A stretch of 63,841 nt of DNA, filler included, from an uncultured Methanosarcinales archaeon (GCA_964434475.1; 3 parts of 3 records of this genome joined end to end with filler, not necessarily neighbours in it); one strand, 5' to 3'; counted from the first letter of the whole stretch, positions 49,252-60,157 are shown. Numbers and translations are program-made. The notes: generated from the letters alone by a model not told the origin.

Positions 49252-49856
49252 ACCTCTATCCCTCTTTTTCTAAAATCTTTTATCAACTGCTGCTTGTTCT
49301 TAAAAAGTATAGCATCTATACCTGCAGACTTAGCGCCTTTTACATTATGCAATTTATCATCTATAAAGATTATATCTTTAGGCTTTACCTTTAGTTTATT
49401 TATCACATATAAATAGATATTCTTGAATGGCTTTTTCATCCCTATTAAATTGCTCATGAACAAAGGCTTGAAATGCTTGAACAATCCTCTTTTTTTATTG
49501 TATATATATTGGGGATATATCGTATTTGACAAAGCACCAACAATGTATCCTTTTAATCTGAGCTTATCCACAAGCTTAATCATATCCTTATCTATCTTCG
49601 CTATCTTTTGATAATACTCATCCCATATCTTATGCAATGGTTTGCCTTTTTTCTTAACATGCAAATGAAATCTTCTAGTATGTTCTTTTCCGGTTATATT
49701 GCCTTTTTCCCAAGGCCTTAAGCTCTTCCGTACAATCGTTTTTACATCTGCGCATTTCAATCCATATTCATCTGCAATCCTATGATAAATAAGCTCATCT
49801 GTTCTTGTAACTACTACGCCGCCGATGTCAAATAGTATTATCTTTGTATCTCTCAT
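49248..49856 (-). CDS. HAD family phosphatase (YihX-like)
   Basis: FDIGGV, LSNT, KKP, FIDD. Confidence 0.88.
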   Translation of the reverse strand: MRDTKIILFDIGGVVVTRTDELIYHRIADEYGLKCADVKTIVRKSLRPWEKGNITGKEHTRRFHLHVKKKGKPLHKIWDEYYQKIAKIDKDMIKLVDKLRLKGYIVGALSNTIYPQYIYNKKRGLFKHFKPLFMSNLIGMKKPFKNIYLYVINKLKVKPKDIIFIDDKLHNVKGAKSAGIDAILFKNKQQLIKDFRKRGIEV

Positions 49857-51610
49857 TTTACAGTTACACTCTTCGCTAAGTTTCTAGGCTTGTCTGGATC
49901 GCATTTTCTCTCCAATGCTAGATAATACGCCAAAATCTGTATAGGTAATATCATTGTTATAGGATCAGCATCTCCAGCACTTGGTACATTGATGAAATGA
50001 TCAAACACTTCATTATTCTTACTATCTATTCCTACAATATATCCTCCTCTTGCTTTTATCTCCATCGCATTGCTGATAATCAATTGTCTTGTATCATCAG
50101 TTGATAAGCAAATTACAGGTAGATCTTTCTCTATCAATGCTATTGTTCCGTGTTTCAATTCACCACCAGCAAATCCTTCTGCATGGATGTAAGTAACTTC
50201 CTTAATCTTCAAAGCCCCTTCTAAAGAACTTGGAAAAGCTAAATCTCGTCCAATAAGAAACATATTTCTGCTGTCTTTAAGTTTTTTGCCTAATTTCTTT
50301 AAATTTTCTATATTATCATCTATCAATTTAGGGATGTTTTCTATAGCTTTGTTGATCATCTCTTTGCCTTCTTCAAATTTATTAGCAACTGCATATGCCA
50401 ACATTGTCATTATAGCTAATTGACTAGTATAACTTTTTGTGCTTAGCACACAAATCTCTGGCCCTGCATTCATCATTATGCTATGCTCTGCAAGCCTTGT
50501 CAATGTAGAACCCATCACATTTACTACAGAAATAACTTTTGAATAATGTTTTTTCGCTATCTTTACAGCATCTAATAGATCAGCAGTCTCTCCACTTTGG
50601 CTCACTGCAATTATCAAACTATCTTCATTCAAGAAATGCTCGTAATTTCTAAATTCACTCGCTAATACAACATTGACATGCTTATGCGCAACCTTGCTGA
50701 AAAGATAAGAAGCACTAATACAAGCATGATAGCTTGTTCCACAGCCAACAAAAAAAACACCTTTTGCTTTGTTTATCTCTTCAGCGATATTCATAAAAAA
50801 TTCAGGATCCTGTTCAATAGCTAATTTCACAGTATGTTTCTGTTCATTTATCTCCTTAAGCATAAAATGAGGATAACTACCTTTTTTTGCCTGTTCTATG
50901 CTCCATTCTATATTATCAATATTTTTCTCTATCTCTTTATTATCATCTATCTTGGATATTGAATATCCCTTATCATCCATAAAACCAAACTCACCATCAT
51001 CAAGATATATAACCTTATTAGTATATTCTAAAAAAGCAGGAACATCGCTTGCTATAAAATTAGAATTTTCACCTAACCCCAATATCAAAGGCGAACCTCT
51101 TCTTGCAAAATAAAGCTTATTATCTTCTTTATTCAATACAACTATAGCAAAACTGCCCTGTAATTTAAGTAAAGTTTGCCTAAAAGCTTCAGAAAAATCA
51201 TAATCATGCTTCATATAATACTCAATATATATAGGAATAACTTCAGTATCTGTTTCTGATTTAAAATTAAACCCTTTTGTGATCAGTTTTGCTTTTAACT
51301 CTTGAAAATTCTCAATAATGCCATTATGAACAACAGCTATGTTATTATCATTGCTAAGATGAGGATGTGCATTTACTTTTGTCACACCACCGTGTGTGGC
51401 CCAGCGAGTATGTGCGATAGCAATGTTTGAATTTGGCAATTCAACCTTTTTTACTGTTCCAATCTTACCTATATTCTTAAAAACATTGATATTGTCTGTC
51501 TTATTCGCTATACCAAAGCTGTCATAGCCTCTATATTCTAAACTCTTCAACCCTTTTAATACTACGTTATTAGCATTTCTTTGTCCTATGTATCCTAATA
51601 TTCCGCACAT
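49853..51610 (-). CDS. glmS: Glutamine-fructose-6-phosphate aminotransferase
   Basis: MCGI, HTRWATHG, HNGIIEN, SQSGETAD, PRNLAKSVTV. Confidence 0.97.
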   Translation of the reverse strand: MCGILGYIGQRNANNVVLKGLKSLEYRGYDSFGIANKTDNINVFKNIGKIGTVKKVELPNSNIAIAHTRWATHGGVTKVNAHPHLSNDNNIAVVHNGIIENFQELKAKLITKGFNFKSETDTEVIPIYIEYYMKHDYDFSEAFRQTLLKLQGSFAIVVLNKEDNKLYFARRGSPLILGLGENSNFIASDVPAFLEYTNKVIYLDDGEFGFMDDKGYSISKIDDNKEIEKNIDNIEWSIEQAKKGSYPHFMLKEINEQKHTVKLAIEQDPEFFMNIAEEINKAKGVFFVGCGTSYHACISASYLFSKVAHKHVNVVLASEFRNYEHFLNEDSLIIAVSQSGETADLLDAVKIAKKHYSKVISVVNVMGSTLTRLAEHSIMMNAGPEICVLSTKSYTSQLAIMTMLAYAVANKFEEGKEMINKAIENIPKLIDDNIENLKKLGKKLKDSRNMFLIGRDLAFPSSLEGALKIKEVTYIHAEGFAGGELKHGTIALIEKDLPVICLSTDDTRQLIISNAMEIKARGGYIVGIDSKNNEVFDHFINVPSAGDADPITMILPIQILAYYLALERKCDPDKPRNLAKSVTVK

Positions 51611-51722
51611 TTTATTTTACCTTTTTTAATTCAAAAGACAAATAAGAAAGGAAAAGCTTATATATAATAGTTACTAAAATAATTATAATACCACTAAAAA
51701 TATAATTATAAAGGTTAGATAA

Positions 51723-52637
51723 GTGTTCGTATTGGACAAAAGACAAGACGGCAATTATTCATTGCCTGTTAAAGAGATTAAACTTGAGAATATCAAAGCA
51801 CTGAGCAGCAAATTAGCACAGAAGATAATTAAAAGATTAGCTGACAAACCCAATTATCCCAAAAAACTTGCCAAAGACTTAAAAGAGCATGAGCAGAAAA
51901 TATACTATCACATAAGAAAACTTGAAGATTCAGGATTTATCAGAAGATTAAAATCAGAGACAATACAAGGCGCTACAGCCAACATATACACGTTATGTGA
52001 AGACAGTTTTATGTTCAAATTTAATCCTTTGAAATTATCCCAAAAATTAGCTACAAAAGAAAACACAAACGATTATCTTAAGCCTTTTATCAAGGACGGC
52101 AAGCTAAATTGCTTAATTATTGTTGGAAGTCCAGATCCACATGGTCCAGACAAAGCAAGAAGCAGGGATGGTTATTATGGCATGGACCTTGCTTTATTCT
52201 TAGGAACTCACCTGAATTATGTTCCAAGCTTAAATGTCATGCTCGACACAGAGACAAGGCAGGAAGATCTAGAAAACAACAATTTAATATTGTTAGGCGG
52301 ACCAGTAACAAACAAGATCATGGAAAAATTTAACGACAAACTGCCCATCAGATTTGAGCAAGGAAACATAAAAAGCAGCATAAGCAACATAATATATCAT
52401 AATGATGAAAATGCATTGATAGTCAAGTCCATTAATCCTCATAACAAAGAAAAAAGAATATTGGCAATAGCAGGCAAAAGACATTCTGGCACAAGAGCTG
52501 CAATTATAGCTTTCTTAAAGCACTTTAATTCCATAATAACAGGCAACAGATATAATGAAAAGATAAACGCAAGAGTGATAGAAGGAGTTGACTTAGATAG
52601 CGATGGAACAGTTGATGATGTAGAGTTTTTGGAATAA
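51723..52637 (+). CDS. ArsR-like HTH regulator divergent from the glmS operon
   Basis: YPKKLAKDL..HEQKIYYHIRKLE..G; C-terminal NLILLGGPVTN domain. Confidence 0.8.
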   Translation: MFVLDKRQDGNYSLPVKEIKLENIKALSSKLAQKIIKRLADKPNYPKKLAKDLKEHEQKIYYHIRKLEDSGFIRRLKSETIQGATANIYTLCEDSFMFKFNPLKLSQKLATKENTNDYLKPFIKDGKLNCLIIVGSPDPHGPDKARSRDGYYGMDLALFLGTHLNYVPSLNVMLDTETRQEDLENNNLILLGGPVTNKIMEKFNDKLPIRFEQGNIKSSISNIIYHNDENALIVKSINPHNKEKRILAIAGKRHSGTRAAIIAFLKHFNSIITGNRYNEKINARVIEGVDLDSDGTVDDVEFLE

Positions 52638-52669
52638 AATTTATATACTTCTGACACCTAGATAAAACT

Positions 52670-53557
52670 ATGGATGTTGAACATATCATAAGGATAATAG
52701 AACAATACGGGCAATTAGACCAAATAGATGAAAAAAGCGTGTTATTGATACTGGATAAAATCAAACATATTTTTGCAAATGAACAGCAAGTTATAGATAT
52801 TCCTAATCACAAGAATACAGTATTCGTAGGAGATACACACGGCGATTATTCTGCATCCATAAAAGCAGTGAAAAATTATCTAGATAACGAACACCATCTT
52901 GTTTTTTTAGGAGATTATGTGGATAGAGCACAAATACCTTATGGAGATATAAGAAACATACTATACCTTTTCTGCAAAAAAATACAGAATAAAAATCTAA
53001 TTTTATTAAGAGGAAACCACGAGGACGCAAAAGTCAACATTGCATATGGTTTCAGAGAAAATGTTTTGGAAATATGGCCAAATCTGATAAATAAATTCAA
53101 TGATGTTTTTACATATATGCCTTTATGCGCAGTCAGCGGCAAAGTTATTGCTCTGCACGGAGGACTGCCTAAGATAAACAACCTTAAAGAGATAAACAGC
53201 ATACCTAAAGGCCATAATTACTACCATAATGATATCCAAGACCAAATACTATGGAATGACTGCGCAAATTCAAGATCAAGAATATTGGAAAAGAACAATA
53301 GAGGCATAGACACTTCTATAATATACGGAAGAAAATACTTTAACGAGATAATGGAAAAGATATACAAAAATATTTTGATCAGAGCTCACGACAGCCAGAA
53401 CAAAGGAACAATGTATGATGACAGATGCATAACATTATTCACAGCAGAGAGGTTTGTCAATATGGGCATTAAAGGAAGGCACATAGTGAAAAAAGACAAC
53501 AAAGGCATAAGACTGATAGATTTAGACTCAAACGAAATTCTTAAGAAGATAGAATAA
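52670..53557 (+). CDS. PPP-family Ser/Thr phosphatase-like metallophosphoesterase
   Basis: GDTHG, GDYVDR, LRGNHE, HGG, LWND, RAH. Confidence 0.9.
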   Translation: MDVEHIIRIIEQYGQLDQIDEKSVLLILDKIKHIFANEQQVIDIPNHKNTVFVGDTHGDYSASIKAVKNYLDNEHHLVFLGDYVDRAQIPYGDIRNILYLFCKKIQNKNLILLRGNHEDAKVNIAYGFRENVLEIWPNLINKFNDVFTYMPLCAVSGKVIALHGGLPKINNLKEINSIPKGHNYYHNDIQDQILWNDCANSRSRILEKNNRGIDTSIIYGRKYFNEIMEKIYKNILIRAHDSQNKGTMYDDRCITLFTAERFVNMGIKGRHIVKKDNKGIRLIDLDSNEILKKIE

Positions 53558-53599
53558 CATACCAAAGATTTAAATTTAAACTATAATTCATACAATATT

Positions 53600-53839
53600 A
53601 TGATGCTTATGAAAAAAGAAGATATAAAAGAATTCCAAAAACAGCAGGATTATTTTTGTTCTAACCTAGATGACATCATAAACAAATACGGCGAAGAGAC
53701 ATTCGTAGGAATATTCAAAAATTCGGTTGTCGATTATGATAAAGATTTTCATAGTATTAACAGAAGGATGCGAAGAGATTACCAAGGCAAGATATTTTAT
53801 CTAAACAAACCTAGTTCTTATACAAAGGGAAAAGAATAA
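53600..53839 (+). CDS. DUF5678-like small protein
   Basis: F..NL..I..KY.E.FVGI....VVD.D.D. Confidence 0.6.
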   Translation: MMLMKKEDIKEFQKQQDYFCSNLDDIINKYGEETFVGIFKNSVVDYDKDFHSINRRMRRDYQGKIFYLNKPSSYTKGKE

Positions 53840-53863
53840 GAAATAGTTAATTATACTCCCTAA

Positions 53864-56170
53864 TCATATCTTTGTACCATATATGAAAATTTCCTCCTTG
53901 AATAGGTATTTTTTTCTTAGATATTTTGCATCCAATTTAGCTTTTCTGAATAATTCAAGCACTTTTTTTCTATCTTCTGTAATCAAGGCATTAGGAGTTA
54001 CATTTACAAAATGATTGTGTATATAAAAACAAAATCGTGCATTCTTTGCCATTGCTTTTCTTAAATGAACAAGAAACTCAGGGATGTCTTTTATGTAGCC
54101 TAATGAATTTTTAGAAAGAAAAACATCAACATTCTTGACTTTTTCAGGCAGCATCCAGCTTTTCCTGTACATTATCTCTATCTTATCTTTATAGTGATCA
54201 GGAATTTTTTCTTTAAACACCTTAATCTCTTCTTTAGATTTATCTACAGCAAATATTTTTTTGAACTTGACATTGTTTCTTATCAGCTGTCTTGTAAATC
54301 CGCCTAGGCCACAGTCATAATCTAAAACAATAGCTTTTTTCTTTACAGGCATCAATCTCAATATCTGTCTAAACAATGGCTTTGGTAAAGGCGTTCTATG
54401 ATAATAATGATATATCTTTGCCATAAGATTCTTTCTAATGGTGATATACTTAGGCTCATAAAAAATCTCTATTGCAAAATACGCAGGGATGCCGAATAAT
54501 ATCAATGACCCGGATATCCTTAATAGGTCTAAAGCACCATGAGTTTCATTGATAAACATCCACAATAAAAAGAACATGAACACAGCTGTAACAAAAGGTC
54601 CTATTTTTCCAAAAGGTGCTTTGAATGCACGAGGAATATCTGGTTTTTTAAACCTTAATATAGATACGCTTAACAAAACTGCAGAATATAATATCAATAT
54701 TAAAGGTATTAACAGATGCAATAATGTTTCATACGATCCAGAGCCTATATAGACCAATAAAGATATGATAAATACTTGAAAAATGATAGATACATAAGGG
54801 CTCTTGTATTTTGGATGTATCTTTGCAAACTGCACAAAAAAAAGCTTGTCTTCAGCCAATGCCATCAATAATCTTGGAGCTGTTACTATCCAAGAAGCTA
54901 CAGCTCCTATTATAGACGCTGCAACAAGTATAGTGAAAATAATAGTGCCTGCAGTGCCAAAATACAAGCTGCCCAAATCCTTTAATGGCGCAGCAGATGC
55001 ACCATATTTCTGCCAAGGCATAGCGCCCATAGCTGTAAAAGACAATAGCAATGCGAATAATGCAATTATGACAGTTCCCAATATCAACGCTTTAGGCATC
55101 ACTTTTTTAGGGTTCTTTGTCTCTGCTGACAAAAATATAGCACTCTCCCATCCAAAAAATGTTTCTGCTATAAAGAATATGGCCAGCAGAATATTCATAG
55201 TAGGAAAGACAAAGAAAGGAGTAAAATTATCTAGATTTATATGAAAAAATCCAGGAACAATTATAGATGTTATCGTAACCAAGGTTATCAATGCAAAAGT
55301 TACAAGCATATATGTTGATGTCTGCATCCCTCTATAAGCTACAAAATTAAAGACAAGCACTAAAGCTATAGCTATAGGAACATAGAATTTTGAATATTGT
55401 ATAGGTATCATATATTGCAATGCACCAAGCAAAAGCATAGATATAGTCACGCTTCCTGCTATAGACGTAGTCCAGCCAATGACAAAACTCCAAAATCTTC
55501 CATATGTTTGTTTTGCGAATTCATAAACACCGCCAGCCTTCGGAAACATTGAAGTCAATTCTGAGAAGCACATCGAGATGTATATAGATATAGCTGAGAG
55601 TATAACCCAAGATACTAAGGAAGCAGGCCCTGCATGCTTTGCTCCTGAAGCTGTCAAGAACCATATTCCTGTACCCATTATAGAGTTGATGGTTACAAGC
55701 AGGATAACCTTAAAACTTAGCACACCTTTCATCTGCTTTTCATGCGGCTGCTTTTTTCTTATTTCAGCTTTTTTAATGTGCTTATGCATCCTAAGAAATC
55801 TCGGAAGCCTTAGTAATCTTACAAATCTTGCATACCTTGCAAATCTTGCAGCTCTTGATAATACTCTTACCCCTCTTAATGCTCTTGTGAAGGTAAGATA
55901 TTCTACCCCTAAAAATATGTAATTAAAAGGGATAGTTGCAATTATATCCAAATAATGTTTTTTTACATAAGGAATAAATTTAGGCGTTTCAAACCACCTA
56001 TAGTATAGATCAACAGCAAATATTGTTATTACAAGTATGTCAAAGATATCTATATATAAAGAATAGGCAGTCAAATCATAGAATAGTTCAGCTATAGTCA
56101 AGGTAAGAAGCAGTACCAATGCTGGCGGAATTATTGCCTGTATAAAATTGTCTAATTTATTCTTTACTAT
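53864..56170 (-). CDS. Voltage-sensor-like domain + APC amino-acid permease + SAM-methyltransferase-like domain fusion
   Basis: N-terminal S1-S4 pattern with Arg every third residue; APC motifs INSIMGTGIW, P.AGG.Y, FFGWE, E.KNP, PR.F..P; C-terminal VLDYDCGLG; frame open to an ATA at 56170, 7 nt after GAGGTG. Confidence 0.85.
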   Translation of the reverse strand: MVKNKLDNFIQAIIPPALVLLLTLTIAELFYDLTAYSLYIDIFDILVITIFAVDLYYRWFETPKFIPYVKKHYLDIIATIPFNYIFLGVEYLTFTRALRGVRVLSRAARFARYARFVRLLRLPRFLRMHKHIKKAEIRKKQPHEKQMKGVLSFKVILLVTINSIMGTGIWFLTASGAKHAGPASLVSWVILSAISIYISMCFSELTSMFPKAGGVYEFAKQTYGRFWSFVIGWTTSIAGSVTISMLLLGALQYMIPIQYSKFYVPIAIALVLVFNFVAYRGMQTSTYMLVTFALITLVTITSIIVPGFFHINLDNFTPFFVFPTMNILLAIFFIAETFFGWESAIFLSAETKNPKKVMPKALILGTVIIALFALLLSFTAMGAMPWQKYGASAAPLKDLGSLYFGTAGTIIFTILVAASIIGAVASWIVTAPRLLMALAEDKLFFVQFAKIHPKYKSPYVSIIFQVFIISLLVYIGSGSYETLLHLLIPLILILYSAVLLSVSILRFKKPDIPRAFKAPFGKIGPFVTAVFMFFLLWMFINETHGALDLLRISGSLILFGIPAYFAIEIFYEPKYITIRKNLMAKIYHYYHRTPLPKPLFRQILRLMPVKKKAIVLDYDCGLGGFTRQLIRNNVKFKKIFAVDKSKEEIKVFKEKIPDHYKDKIEIMYRKSWMLPEKVKNVDVFLSKNSLGYIKDIPEFLVHLRKAMAKNARFCFYIHNHFVNVTPNALITEDRKKVLELFRKAKLDAKYLRKKYLFKEEIFIYGTKI

Positions 56171-56579
56171 ACTGAAACACCTCTTTTTTATTTCTTTTTA
56201 TATTTGTTATTTTTAAATATTTCCATTATGCCAACAGACATTTTCTTGTTCTCAATACTATCTGTTTTGTTTTTCATAACTACAGAGATGGATGATTCAT
56301 CTTCTGATTGTATAAAATATGAATTAGATAAAGAACAGCAAGTTTGATATGATTGCAGACAAACTTACAAAAGCGTACATAACAAGCGCGAAAGATGAAA
56401 ACCTCTTCCAGCGATATCAGATTTACAGGCGATTACATGACAATAAAGGCAAACGCATCTTATGTCCTGTGATAAGCGTGTACAGTACGACTTAAAAATA
56501 TCTAAATAACGTTTTAGATGTAATGTACAACAAGATGTAAAGTACAACCAAAACATTTAAATAATAGTTTAAAGTTATA

Positions 56580-56927
56580 ATGTACAACATGAATGAAAAA
56601 GAAAAAATACTTGAAGAAAATTTAGAAGAATATTTTTCATTGGCTATTAATGCATTTAATACAAAGAAGTATAATAGTGCAGCCACATTATTTTTTAAAT
56701 CTATAGCTGCGTTATGTGATATATTCATTCTTAAGAATTTAGGATATGTTCCATCATCACATTCGAATAGATTTAGAATTTTAGAAGATAAGTTTCCAGA
56801 GATATATACTATTGCAGACAGAGATTTCCCATTTTATCAGGATAGCTATACCAAAAAGATGGATAGAGAATCTGCGGAGTTGCTGAAGGAAGATGCTGAA
56901 AAACTTAAAAAAATTGTTGGAATCTGA
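56580..56927 (+). CDS. HEPN-domain protein
   Basis: Y...A..A......N.A..L.FK...PSSHSNRF; paired with MNT. Confidence 0.7.
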   Translation: MYNMNEKEKILEENLEEYFSLAINAFNTKKYNSAATLFFKSIAALCDIFILKNLGYVPSSHSNRFRILEDKFPEIYTIADRDFPFYQDSYTKKMDRESAELLKEDAEKLKKIVGI

Positions 56928-57453
56928 GAAAAAAGATAATACCATTTTTGATATAATCATATATGGTTCTTTTGTCAAAGGAAAGCAAAAATCTAATGAT
57001 ATAGATATTGCTGTGATATTCCTATCTGGCACACTTAGAGAAAGATTAGATAAAATTCAAAATATTAAAACAAAACTAAATAATATAACTATTAAGATTG
57101 ACATCAAGCAGATTCTGTTGAAAGAATTATTTGATCCTGCTTTTTTCAATAGGACAGGAATAATTAACGAAGGCATTAGCATCTTTAAAAATATGAAATT
57201 CTGCGAAACTTTGGGTTATAAGGCTTGCACATTATTCTGGTATAATCTTAAAGGATTAAAACATAAAGATAAGGTGAAATTTAATTATATCCTTGCTGGA
57301 AGAAATACAAAAGGAATACTTGAAGAATTTAATGGTATGCGGCTTGCCAACGGAGCAGTGAAAATACCTGTCGAAAACAGCATTGCTTTTGAAGATATTT
57401 TAAAGGCGAATAATGTTAAATTTGACAAAAGCAATATTCTCGAAGAGATCTGA
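56893..57453 (+). CDS. Minimal nucleotidyltransferase (MNT) with extra C-terminal domain
   Basis: IIYGSFVKGK..SNDIDIAV. Confidence 0.8.
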   Translation: MLKNLKKLLESEKKDNTIFDIIIYGSFVKGKQKSNDIDIAVIFLSGTLRERLDKIQNIKTKLNNITIKIDIKQILLKELFDPAFFNRTGIINEGISIFKNMKFCETLGYKACTLFWYNLKGLKHKDKVKFNYILAGRNTKGILEEFNGMRLANGAVKIPVENSIAFEDILKANNVKFDKSNILEEI

Positions 57454-57496
57454 TTCTCAGTTAATTTTATAAGAACGTATAGCTTAATAACTGATT

Positions 57497-58237
57497 ATGA
57501 CATTAGATGATGTTATTGAAGATTGTAAAACAGGATTAGTTACAGGAATGGCTTATGCGATGATTACAGCTGCGTTTTTGGGCGGACCCAAGCATGTAAA
57601 ACCTTTATACAGTGCAGAGAACTACAAACAAAAAACAAAGATAGAGCAGATAACAACTTCTGAGATTGAGACATACATGTCTATGAAAACCTGCGAAGAA
57701 ATTCTTGCAGGCACTGATGTTAAATATGCAACATATCAAGGCAGAGGAAGGACTGATCTGCACAAACTTCTTAAGACAGATAAACCAGCGATGGTATTGT
57801 TTTATTCAAATAAGCCAGGCAGTTTAGGTGATGAATCTTTTTCAAAAAGAGACGCAATAATTTTTAGAAAATTAATTGAAAAATATGGTGACAAGATTAA
57901 TTTTGTGTGTTATAATAGAGAAGACAACATAAACGCAAAAAAAACAAGATATGATGGAATGGCTACAGATGATAAGCTTTATGGAAATTCATTTATGCGT
58001 CCTTCAATCGTCATGTTTTCATATTTTGATTTGCTTAAAGGCGAGACTCCAGAAAAGAATGACGGCAAACTAAAGCAGATAGATATATTGAGAGGGGGTC
58101 CAAAGAACATAAATTATTTAAAAAAATGGATGAAAAATCTTCCAAGTTATTGGATAAACCCATTATTAATTCAACCTAATGAAAAATATATATATTTATT
58201 TAAAAATACAGATAATGTAACTAAAATAAAATATTAA
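57497..58237 (+). CDS. Membrane-anchored hypothetical protein, thioredoxin-fold-like
   Basis: N-terminal hydrophobic segment; KPAMVLFY...KL..KY..KINFV; no CxxC. Confidence 0.55.
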   Translation: MTLDDVIEDCKTGLVTGMAYAMITAAFLGGPKHVKPLYSAENYKQKTKIEQITTSEIETYMSMKTCEEILAGTDVKYATYQGRGRTDLHKLLKTDKPAMVLFYSNKPGSLGDESFSKRDAIIFRKLIEKYGDKINFVCYNREDNINAKKTRYDGMATDDKLYGNSFMRPSIVMFSYFDLLKGETPEKNDGKLKQIDILRGGPKNINYLKKWMKNLPSYWINPLLIQPNEKYIYLFKNTDNVTKIKY

Positions 58238-58251
58238 AAAAGAGGTTTATT

Positions 58252-58524
58252 ATGAACAAAAAGAAGATTAGTTTAATATTTCTAATTATAATAATAATAT
58301 TTTCAAATATAGTTATTTCTAATGATGATGACCCTTTTGGCGGCGGTGACGGAGTTACAAACAAATTCAACCAAGAAGAATTCACCAACGCTCTATCTGA
58401 TCCTGAAGCTACTGCAACAATCCCAGAAGGCGCAACATACACAAGCCCATCAGGAGAAACTTATGAAGGTCCTGGTGAGATGAAAGGTGGAAAGTACACC
58501 TACAATGACAAACTTTATCTATAA
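58252..58524 (+). CDS. Secreted hypothetical protein, possibly truncated
   Basis: Signal peptide; GAGGT RBS. Confidence 0.5.
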   Translation: MNKKKISLIFLIIIIIFSNIVISNDDDPFGGGDGVTNKFNQEEFTNALSDPEATATIPEGATYTSPSGETYEGPGEMKGGKYTYNDKLYL

Positions 58525-58602
58525 TCTTCTTCTACGACACATAACTAAGTTTCCCTATGAAAAAGGAAACATTTATATATTATTTACCTATTAATAATAC
58601 TT

Positions 58603-59910
58603 ATGGATACTGAAAAAATAAAAAAACATTTACTAAACTTTCAAAAAACATCTTTTGATAGCGCGATTGAAAGAGAAGTATCTCTAGGAGATTCAAAAAA
58701 AATACAGACAGTTATAGGTGCTAGAAGAACTGGGAAAACTTATTTGTTATTTAACAAAATCAAAGAATTGGAAAATAAAGGCATAAAACGATCGCAAATC
58801 ATATATATTAACTTTGAGAATCCTTTATTGAATGATATATCTTACAAAGAAGTAAAAGAAGTCATTAAAATATATTGGTCTTTGTTTCCAGAAAATATTG
58901 AAAAAGAACTGTTTATATTCATAGATGAACCTCAAGTAATAGACCAATGGGAATCTGCAATACGAGACCTATATGATAACTTAAAATGCAGAATTTTCAT
59001 AACAGGATCTTCTTCAAAATTACTAAGTAAAGAGATAGCAACCAGTTTAAGAGGAAGAGCGATTTCTATATATCTTGTTCCACTATCCTTTAAAGAATTC
59101 ATTAAATTTAAAGGTCAAAAATACGAATTAAATAAGTTAACCACCAAAGACGAAGCAAGAATAATTAATATGTTCAGAGAATATCTAAGATACGGGGGTT
59201 ATCCAGAAGTAACGCTTGAAAAAAACCCAATAGATAAATTGAAAATACTGAAAGATTATTTTGAACTTACTATCTACAAAGATTTAGTTGACCGATATAA
59301 GATAAATAATACAAAATTAATAAAATACCTAATAAATTCGCTTGTTTCTTCAGTATCAAAAGACATTAGCTTAAACAAGACATTTCTTAATTTTAAATCT
59401 CAAGGTCAAAAAATAAGTAAAAATACCTTATATGAATATTTTAGCATGCTTGAAGACTCATTTTTCATATTTACCACAAAAAAGCATAATTATTCAATAA
59501 ACAAAGAAGAACAAACTATGCCAAAAATATATCTAGATGATGTTGGATTTTTAAATCTATTTTCTATTGAAGATTACGGAAAAAGGATGGAAAATATAGT
59601 ATATCTGGAATTATACAGAAAAATTAACAAAAAACCATTGATTAAAATAAATTATTGGAAATCAAAAGATGGAAAAGAGGTTGATTTTATTGTTTCTGAA
59701 GCTAAAAAAATTGTACAAATAATACAAGTATGTTATTCTTTGAATAATAATAGTACAAAAGAAAGAGAATTGAAGTCCATAATAGAATGCGCAAAACAAT
59801 TCAAGAAAAAGAATGCAACAATAATAACTAATGACTTTGAGGATATACAAAATATTGAAGGAATTAAAATAAGATATATTCCTTTGTGGAAATGGCTGTT
59901 AATGAATTGA
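58603..59910 (+). CDS. AAA_14 ATPase with DUF4143 domain
   Basis: GARRTGKT, FIDEPQ, ITGSSS, LRGR, GGYPE, KIY..D.G, EVDF. Confidence 0.92.
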   Translation: MDTEKIKKHLLNFQKTSFDSAIEREVSLGDSKKIQTVIGARRTGKTYLLFNKIKELENKGIKRSQIIYINFENPLLNDISYKEVKEVIKIYWSLFPENIEKELFIFIDEPQVIDQWESAIRDLYDNLKCRIFITGSSSKLLSKEIATSLRGRAISIYLVPLSFKEFIKFKGQKYELNKLTTKDEARIINMFREYLRYGGYPEVTLEKNPIDKLKILKDYFELTIYKDLVDRYKINNTKLIKYLINSLVSSVSKDISLNKTFLNFKSQGQKISKNTLYEYFSMLEDSFFIFTTKKHNYSINKEEQTMPKIYLDDVGFLNLFSIEDYGKRMENIVYLELYRKINKKPLIKINYWKSKDGKEVDFIVSEAKKIVQIIQVCYSLNNNSTKERELKSIIECAKQFKKKNATIITNDFEDIQNIEGIKIRYIPLWKWLLMN

Positions 59911-60032
59911 ATTCTCAGTAAACTTTATAAATATAAAGACTTTAAAATATATAATAAAAAGAGGTTCTAGATATTTGATTTGATTATTAATTGCATAATG
60001 ATCCTGCAAACATCTATTTCAAGAAATCAAAA

Positions 60033-60132
60033 NNNNNNNNNNNNNNNNNNNNNNNNNNNNNNNNNNNNNNNNNNNNTTAATTAATTAANNNNNNNNNNNN
60101 NNNNNNNNNNNNNNNNNNNNNNNNNNNNNNNN
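60033..60132. other. Artificial contig linker
   Basis: N-run with TTAATTAATTAA. Confidence 0.97.
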
Positions 60133-60157
60133 TGTGCAATTAATCTAAAAAGCTAAG

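Noticed and set aside
56893..57453. MNT C-terminal domain as Cas2 of a CRISPR locus
   Set aside because: No array or other cas genes on that contig; context is an MNT-HEPN toxin-antitoxin pair
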